A DNA stretch of 42,025 nucleotides from a virus (taxonomy: Duplodnaviria; Caudoviricetes), in IMG/VR virus record IMGVR_UViG_3300012267_000011, positions 1 through 42,025 of that record. One strand, written 5' to 3'. Each line of letters opens with the position of its first letter. Position 1 is the stretch's first letter. A program made the position numbers and the translations under genes. The notes under the pieces are model-generated. The model had not been told where the DNA came from. It ran no database searches and saw nothing but the letters and a program-made list of their open reading frames with translations. Below, piece after piece: positions 36,825 through 42,025 of the stretch.

Positions 36825-36851
36825 AAAGTCATACTTTTAACTAAACGGTCA
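36825..36851 (+). promoter_or_regulatory. Phage promoter motif AAAGT-N14-AACGGTCA
   Basis: AAAGT 36825-36829, AACGGTCA 36844-36851. Confidence 0.75.
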
Positions 36852-36859
36852 CTAAGTCT

Positions 36860-37120
36860 ATGAATGAATTAGAATGGAAAGAGATACCCGAAGACAATAA
36901 GTATGCAAACAAAGAAGTTAATCTTGCACCATCTGACGCTATACTAAAGTTCACTCACCAAAAGAAAACAAACCCAAATATATTAAGGGTTGATATCTAT
37001 GATAGGGAGTACCGTTGCGTGATGGAAGTAAATGTAAAAATAATGGAACTGGACAAGAAAGGGTTCTTCAACCATATGCTTGTTTTATTCCAACAATGTA
37101 AAAAAGAAACAAATGGATAA
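36860..37120 (+). CDS. Hypothetical protein
   Basis: ATG 8 nt after the promoter -10 element. Confidence 0.6.
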   Translation: MNELEWKEIPEDNKYANKEVNLAPSDAILKFTHQKKTNPNILRVDIYDREYRCVMEVNVKIMELDKKGFFNHMLVLFQQCKKETNG

Positions 37121-37868
37121 AATGTTGTTCAAAAATGATTGGTTAGAAGTCACAAAATCTTTTGGGCTTGCGTACAAATTTCGTAAAGCTGGATATTTTG
37201 ACGAGAGGCCATCGTTACAGTTTTACCTAACTCCCCTGCTTTCCGTTATAGTTATGGCTCCAGTTGGCCTAATGTATGGCTTACCGTGGTGGTATTGGGT
37301 TGTTACCCTTGGGGTATTTCTTTTTGGATACATACAGGTCTTTCTTAAGCTCCCGTTCCACACAGGGATGGTGGAGTTTGAACCTCCAGTATGGGGGATT
37401 TATTACTATTCAAGAGCACTATGGATTTGTAAAGGGCGGGATACTTCATCACACTATATGCCTTGGGACATGAAACATTATAGACGTTCCATTCTAAAGG
37501 AGGATGGAGACTGGTTGCATATTTATGCTGGGGAACGATCTGATTATACTATGGGGGAGTTGGAAGAAATTAGGTGGGAAGAAGAACACCCCTATTTTTA
37601 TAAATTAAAGAACGGAGAAGTCCAAGAAACTATTGCTTCAATCCATGTAGAAGAACGGGAATGGAGATGGAGAATGTTTTATAAAGTATCTATCCCTTGG
37701 TTCCGTAAGATTAAAAAAGTTGTTGAAGTGTCCTTCCATGATGCTATTGGAGAAGGGGTCAACACATTTAAAGGGGGTGTCGTAGGTACTGGAGAGGAAA
37801 TGTTGGATGGGGAAGAACCGTTCGATACCTTAAAGAGAATGGAAGCAAACAGAGAATTCAGAAGATAA
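37113..37868 (+). CDS. Trp-rich membrane-anchored hypothetical protein (start probably ATG 37113)
   Basis: Two hydrophobic segments followed by a soluble domain. Confidence 0.6.
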   Translation: MDKMLFKNDWLEVTKSFGLAYKFRKAGYFDERPSLQFYLTPLLSVIVMAPVGLMYGLPWWYWVVTLGVFLFGYIQVFLKLPFHTGMVEFEPPVWGIYYYSRALWICKGRDTSSHYMPWDMKHYRRSILKEDGDWLHIYAGERSDYTMGELEEIRWEEEHPYFYKLKNGEVQETIASIHVEEREWRWRMFYKVSIPWFRKIKKVVEVSFHDAIGEGVNTFKGGVVGTGEEMLDGEEPFDTLKRMEANREFRR

Positions 37869-37870
37869 TT

Positions 37871-38158
37871 ATGTTAGTACGCAAAATAATACGATCACTC
37901 AAAAAGAAATTTCCAAACCATCGTGTAGAGTTCAAGCTGGAACAGAGCAGGGTGAAGTCAGACAGCCCAGTCCTCTTGTCAGGGATAACACGATATCAGT
38001 TGATACTGAATGAACAACCGACCGAACTATATCTTGATGAGGATGAGGTCATGGCCCTTGGAAAAAAACATTCTGAAAGCAGGGCCGAAAAAATTGCGGT
38101 GCGTGCTGCAAGTAAAAGGATAGTAGAGTTAATAAAAACACAAACCAATAAACATTGA
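37871..38158 (+). CDS. Hypothetical protein
   Basis: Operon ORF. Confidence 0.55.
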   Translation: MLVRKIIRSLKKKFPNHRVEFKLEQSRVKSDSPVLLSGITRYQLILNEQPTELYLDEDEVMALGKKHSESRAEKIAVRAASKRIVELIKTQTNKH

Positions 38159-38159
38159 C

Positions 38160-38540
38160 ATGATAATTTGCGTAGATTTTGACGGAACTATTGTCACGCA
38201 CGACTACCCCAACATTGGTAAGCCCGTACCAGATGCATTGCGTGTCCTTCAAGAACTTAGAAGGGCTGACCATAAAATTATTCTGTTCACGATGCGGTCT
38301 GGAAAAAATTTGAAAGAAGCTGAGAGGTATCTCCAGAATAATGGGGTTCAGATTTATGGAGTGAATAGAAATCCAACGCAAAGAAGTTGGACACAATCCC
38401 CAAAGGCATATGGGCATCTTTACATTGATGATGCTGCTCTTGGGATTCCGTTGATAGAAGATGAAGAGTTTAGTGAACGGCCTTTTGTAAACTGGTCGGA
38501 AGTACGCAAATTATTGAAAAGAAAGGGTAATATCATTTAA
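38160..38540 (+). CDS. Capless HAD-superfamily phosphatase
   Basis: VDFDGT motif I, FTMR motif II, SPK and YIDD motifs III/IV. Confidence 0.88.
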   Translation: MIICVDFDGTIVTHDYPNIGKPVPDALRVLQELRRADHKIILFTMRSGKNLKEAERYLQNNGVQIYGVNRNPTQRSWTQSPKAYGHLYIDDAALGIPLIEDEEFSERPFVNWSEVRKLLKRKGNII

Positions 38541-38652
38541 CCCAGAAAACGACCAACCCTTACCCCTAATGTGGTTTAGTTCGTCTCTTAGACGCTAAAT
38601 TTCGGATCGGGTTGCATGGGTCTGAGTGGGGATTCATTAAAATAGGCTTTAT

Positions 38653-38886
38653 ATGGCTGAATTAAAGAAATTAGAGGAACTTCGGGAACTTTTGGAAGAA
38701 GCACCTACGGTTGCATTTTACAAATGTCCGAACGGACTTTATGCAATAAGATCAAATACACCTGATGTAGCAGAGTTTCCGTTGTCGTGTCGGGAAGAGC
38801 TTACAGATTTTGAACAGCAAGAATTTAATCACGTTAATGAATTAAGGATACACCGAATACGAAGTCGGGATGAGGTATACAGATGA
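38653..38886 (+). CDS. Hypothetical protein
   Basis: 77-aa ORF. Confidence 0.55.
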   Translation: MAELKKLEELRELLEEAPTVAFYKCPNGLYAIRSNTPDVAEFPLSCREELTDFEQQEFNHVNELRIHRIRSRDEVYR

Positions 38887-39089
38887 CAAAACCAACATTA
38901 AAAGCTCCATTGAATGCAGGGCAAACTGTAACTATTCGAAACAAAGGCCGTTACACACCACATGAACTTGCGGTGGCATTTGATGAAAAGACCCCAATAA
39001 AGTTTTTTGGTATGGAGTGTATTATAGTAGACCTACAACAACTATTTTTTGACGAAGACTACGAACTAAAAATAAAGGCCAATAAATAA
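38883..39089 (+). CDS. Hypothetical protein
   Basis: ATGA overlap. Confidence 0.55.
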   Translation: MTKPTLKAPLNAGQTVTIRNKGRYTPHELAVAFDEKTPIKFFGMECIIVDLQQLFFDEDYELKIKANK

Positions 39090-39099
39090 ACCTAACATT

Positions 39100-39594
39100 A
39101 TGAGTGAACAAAACCAAGTACCACAATCAGAAGATCAAGTATATTCTAACAAACAACTCATGGAATCCCCTGAGATTAAAAAAGTTGCGGAGAAGGTAAT
39201 AGCGGATAAGAAGATGGAGTTTGGCCCAGCGGAAATTGGATACATGCTGGTCTACCCTAACATTAGTAGGAAGCGTGCTGCAAAAACTATAAAGGCGAGT
39301 GCTGAAGTCAGATTTTATTCTGGGAACCATTATATTATTCAGGTTTCGGGGGAGCTTTGGGATATGTTGGACGAGAAAACAAAAGAGATATTAATCTTTC
39401 ACGAACTGATGCAGGTGGAACCCGTGTTTAAATCTCGAAGTGGGCAATGGAAAATGCAGTTACGGAAGCCTGATTTCTCAGACTTTTACACAATCAATGA
39501 CAAGCATGGCAACGAGTGGTACAAGACCATCCAAGCCACTGTGTCCAGTTTATATGACCTTGACCCTCGTCAGGAGAGCAAAGTCAAGACCTAA
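39100..39594 (+). CDS. Putative phage metallopeptidase-family protein with degenerate zinc motif
   Basis: YIIQVS..LW..LD...KE.LIFHELMQ...RKPDF.DF pattern; HExxH appears as HELMQ. Confidence 0.6.
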   Translation: MSEQNQVPQSEDQVYSNKQLMESPEIKKVAEKVIADKKMEFGPAEIGYMLVYPNISRKRAAKTIKASAEVRFYSGNHYIIQVSGELWDMLDEKTKEILIFHELMQVEPVFKSRSGQWKMQLRKPDFSDFYTINDKHGNEWYKTIQATVSSLYDLDPRQESKVKT

Positions 39595-39645
39595 ATTGAG
39601 TTTTAGCAAGCTTGTTACATAAGGTGTTTAGCTAAAATTCAGTTT
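39593..39645. terminator. Long hairpin at module boundary
   Basis: AAATTGAGTTTTAGC pairs with GCTAAAATTCAGTTT (two G-U pairs). Confidence 0.55.
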
Positions 39646-39683
39646 TAAAAAATAGCACAATAATAATTTAATAGGAACGAAGA

Positions 39684-40025
39684 ATGGAAGCAGTATACCG
39701 AAATTCAATAGCAGACCACGGAGCAACCCTGATATCACATATTGCTCTTGTGGACGAAACAGGAACTTAAATTACAGGTGGTAGCCCTGCGTATGCAAGA
39801 CAGCCAGTTACATGGACAACTGCATCTGATGGTACTATCAGACCTGATGCAGATTTAACTTTTGACATTCCTGCAGGTGTTACTGTAGGCGGTTGGAAGG
39901 GCTATGATGCTCTTACCGCAGGTACAGAACATGGAGGGGCTACACTCACCAATGAATCTTTTGCTTCTCAAGGGGAGTATACCTTATTGGCTGCGTCAAC
40001 TGGTATCAACCATACAGCAGCATAA
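39684..40025 (+). pseudogene. Small virion/tail-associated protein gene (113 codons) with in-frame TAA at 39768-39770
   Basis: MEAVYRNSIADHGATLISHIALVDETGT*ITGGSPAYARQPVTW...LTFDIPAG...YDALTAG...; resembles the E-x-[ST]GG-x-YAR phage tail protein pattern, consistent with GAA>TAA. Confidence 0.7.
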
Positions 40026-40084
40026 TTAATCACAGGCTATTTTAGTAACGAAGGTTAGCCTATCAATTCAAAACTATAACTATT

Positions 40085-41797
40085 ATGCCTAATATTAATT
40101 TAACCAAATACTCCCAGTCTGGGATGTTCGTAGTATTTGTTAATGGGGAAGAAGTTTCATCCCATTCTGAAGAGAAAGAAGCTGTCGAGAACGCAGTGAA
40201 CGCAAAGTTCGATAACCCCAATGCAGAAGTTTATTACCAAATAGACTCAAAGATAAAGGTAGATGTGTCTGGGGTTTCTGCTCCGCAACCAGAGCCTGAG
40301 TCTGATGTAGCCGTAGAAAGCATTCAGTTAGTTGGGCAAGACTTTGTTGAAGGGGATGACATCACGGTTCAGATGGTTGTCCAGAACATTGGAGAAACAG
40401 ACCTTGGTTCGTTCTCTTACACACTGAGGCTTGGGACAGACCTACAAATTGAGGGGTCTATAGATTCATTAGTTGTCGGGGATCAAGTCGTCTTAGAACA
40501 CACGTTTCTATCAGTACCTGCTGGGGAACACGTTGTTGAAGGGATAGCCGATAGTAACAATGCTATTGCGGAACCGATCACAACTAACAACAAAAAGGCT
40601 ATTATGCTCACCGTAGCGGAAGCCTCAACCCCAACTCCAGAGCCTGAGCCTGTTGGAGATTTCTTGACCGTTTCAGATGGAAAGTTAATGTCTAATGGGG
40701 CTGAGTTTAGGTTCAATGGAACAAATGCATACTACTTACCAAACTATCAGATCATAGACGAATGAGTAGTAGACCGAGCAGTTGATGCTTTTGTCCAAGG
40801 GAGAGTCAAACTAATTAGGACATGGGGATTCTATGATGGAGGAGTAATTTATGAGAATGACAACCCAATCCAGCCGCCCCCAACACAGTATAATGAGGAA
40901 TCTCTTAAGGCCTTGGACCAAGTTATTGCAAAAGGAAAGAACCTCGGTATGCGGTTTGTGATCCTGTTCGTTAATTATTGGGACGAACTTGGAGGTATTT
41001 CTAAGTATGTTGAGTGGGCAACAGGCACTGCGGACAGAAACATGAATATGTTTATAAATAACCAAGACTGCCAAGACACGTTCAAGGCTTATATTGAGAC
41101 GCTTCTGAACCGTGTGAATACGGTCACAGGGATCGCTTATAAAGATGAACCTGCAATAGCTATGTGGGAAATAGGCAATGAGCTTAGGAACCCAAACGGA
41201 ACCGCAGAAGAACTACGGGACTGGTACCAAGAGAGGGCTCAGTTCATTAAAGGGATTGATGCGAATCATCTTGTGGCGACAGGAGAAGAAGGGTATGACG
41301 ACTCAAGTTTAGGAACGTGGAACTCAGAAGGTAAGTTTATCAATGATAAATACTCTTCTGAGGATTATACAAACTCTTATGTCCTCAGGGCGAATCAGGG
41401 AACATCCTTTATTCTTAACACTCAGATACCTGAGATTGATGTGGCCACGTGCCATTGGTACCCAACGGTGTTTGGATTTGGAACAACCATTGATGACCCG
41501 TTCTTAGCATCCCAAAAAGCGTTTGTACTTGATCACCAGAATATAGCCCAAGCAGAAGGTAAACCAATGTTTATTGGAGAGTATGGGTTTGTAGGTCATG
41601 GGGACGCACGAGTTCTCCAGTGTTACAGTGAACTATATTTGTTGATTGAAAACAATGGAATAGCAGGAAGCCTGTTATGGCAACTTGCTGCCGATTGGGT
41701 TAAATGCTGGGAATACGGGGGTAATGTTTGTTACCCTGCAGGACGAGAGGATATTGAATTGTTCGAGGCCTTTAAACTACACTCCGAAAGTATGTAA
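40085..41797 (+). pseudogene. CARDB/Ig domain + GH5 (beta-mannanase-like) glycoside hydrolase, one reading frame with an in-frame TGA at 40763-40765
   Basis: The 40085 and 40913 ORFs share a frame; sequence after TGA is open (VVDRAVDAFVQGRVKLIRTWGFYDG...); GH5 motifs GTNAYY, IRTWGF, WEIGNE (acid/base), HWYP, IGEYG (nucleophile). Confidence 0.8.
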
Positions 41798-41807
41798 GCC
41801 CTAACTT

Positions 41808-42025
41808 GTGAGTAGTCTAAATGTAGACAAAACAGATGCGTTGTATACAGACCTTGCTGTCTTCATTCCAGGAGATGAGACTTCAGGGTCTGTTCTTGAA
41901 GATATATCTGAATCAGGTAACCAACACAATGCAACCCTCGGGTCTACAGGGACTACATTCACAACTTTAAACGGTAAGAACTCTATTCAGGTAGTTGGAG
42001 ACGGTACTAATCAAATAACAATCCC
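41808..42025 (+). CDS. Partial ORF, probable LamG/concanavalin-A-like virion protein
   Basis: GTG start; ...GDETSGSVLEDISESGNQHNATL... resembles the LamG N-terminal motif; runs off the window. Confidence 0.5.
   Translation, partial: MSSLNVDKTDALYTDLAVFIPGDETSGSVLEDISESGNQHNATLGSTGTTFTTLNGKNSIQVVGDGTNQITI

Noticed and set aside
39768-40765. Genome-wide stop-codon reassignment
   Set aside because: The internal stops differ (TAA and TGA), and TAA, TGA and TAG all terminate well-conserved genes elsewhere (polA TGA, exonuclease TAG, recA TAA)
698-41074. Minus-strand ORFs in the track (e.g. 9171-9866, 9870-10502, 5813-6370)
   Set aside because: Nearly all are shadows of convincing + strand genes, with S/F/L-rich antisense composition and no motifs
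1-42025. tRNA, rRNA, introns, inteins, integrase or transposase
   Set aside because: None recognisable by eye; polA, dnaB and recA are of normal length without insertions

Overview
A 42-kb fragment of a large lytic dsDNA phage genome; every credible gene is on the + strand. The host is probably in the Bacteroidota/Balneolota/Rhodothermota group and probably salt-adapted, inferred from TTTG-N20-TAnnTTTG host-type promoters, mostly SD-less A-rich leaders and acidic proteins. Layout: (1) 1-5155, end of the tail/receptor-binding and lysis module (S74 chaperone tail fibre, Fn3-like protein, CBM5/12-repeat protein, CHAP endolysin); (2) 5561-28826, replication/recombination module (gp32-like SSB, RecA/UvsX, 5'-3' exonuclease, SbcD/SbcC, PolA, dNMP kinase, UvsW-like and DnaB helicases, primase) with a thymidine-hypermodification pathway embedded in it; (3) 28962-39594, small accessory genes plus two sigma-like factors (one apparently fused to a Mor-type domain), HU, a DenV-like glycosylase, KTSC, DUF2061 and a HAD phosphatase; (4) 39684-42025, virion/carbohydrate genes, two interrupted by in-frame stops. 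The most striking element is a 5-hydroxymethyl-dU hypermodification operon in which the known parts (dUMP hydroxymethylase, HMUDK helical-domain protein, two tandem P-loop kinases, amino-acid:DNA transferase) are translationally coupled to a PAPS-type sulfotransferase and a pentein-fold amidinotransferase/deiminase, suggesting an uncharacterised sulfated and/or guanidino thymine derivative. A bipartite phage promoter, (A)AAGT-N14-(A)ACGGTC(A), recurs at 7 gene-boundary sites with invariant spacing. All family calls come from motif recognition by eye; no database search was run.
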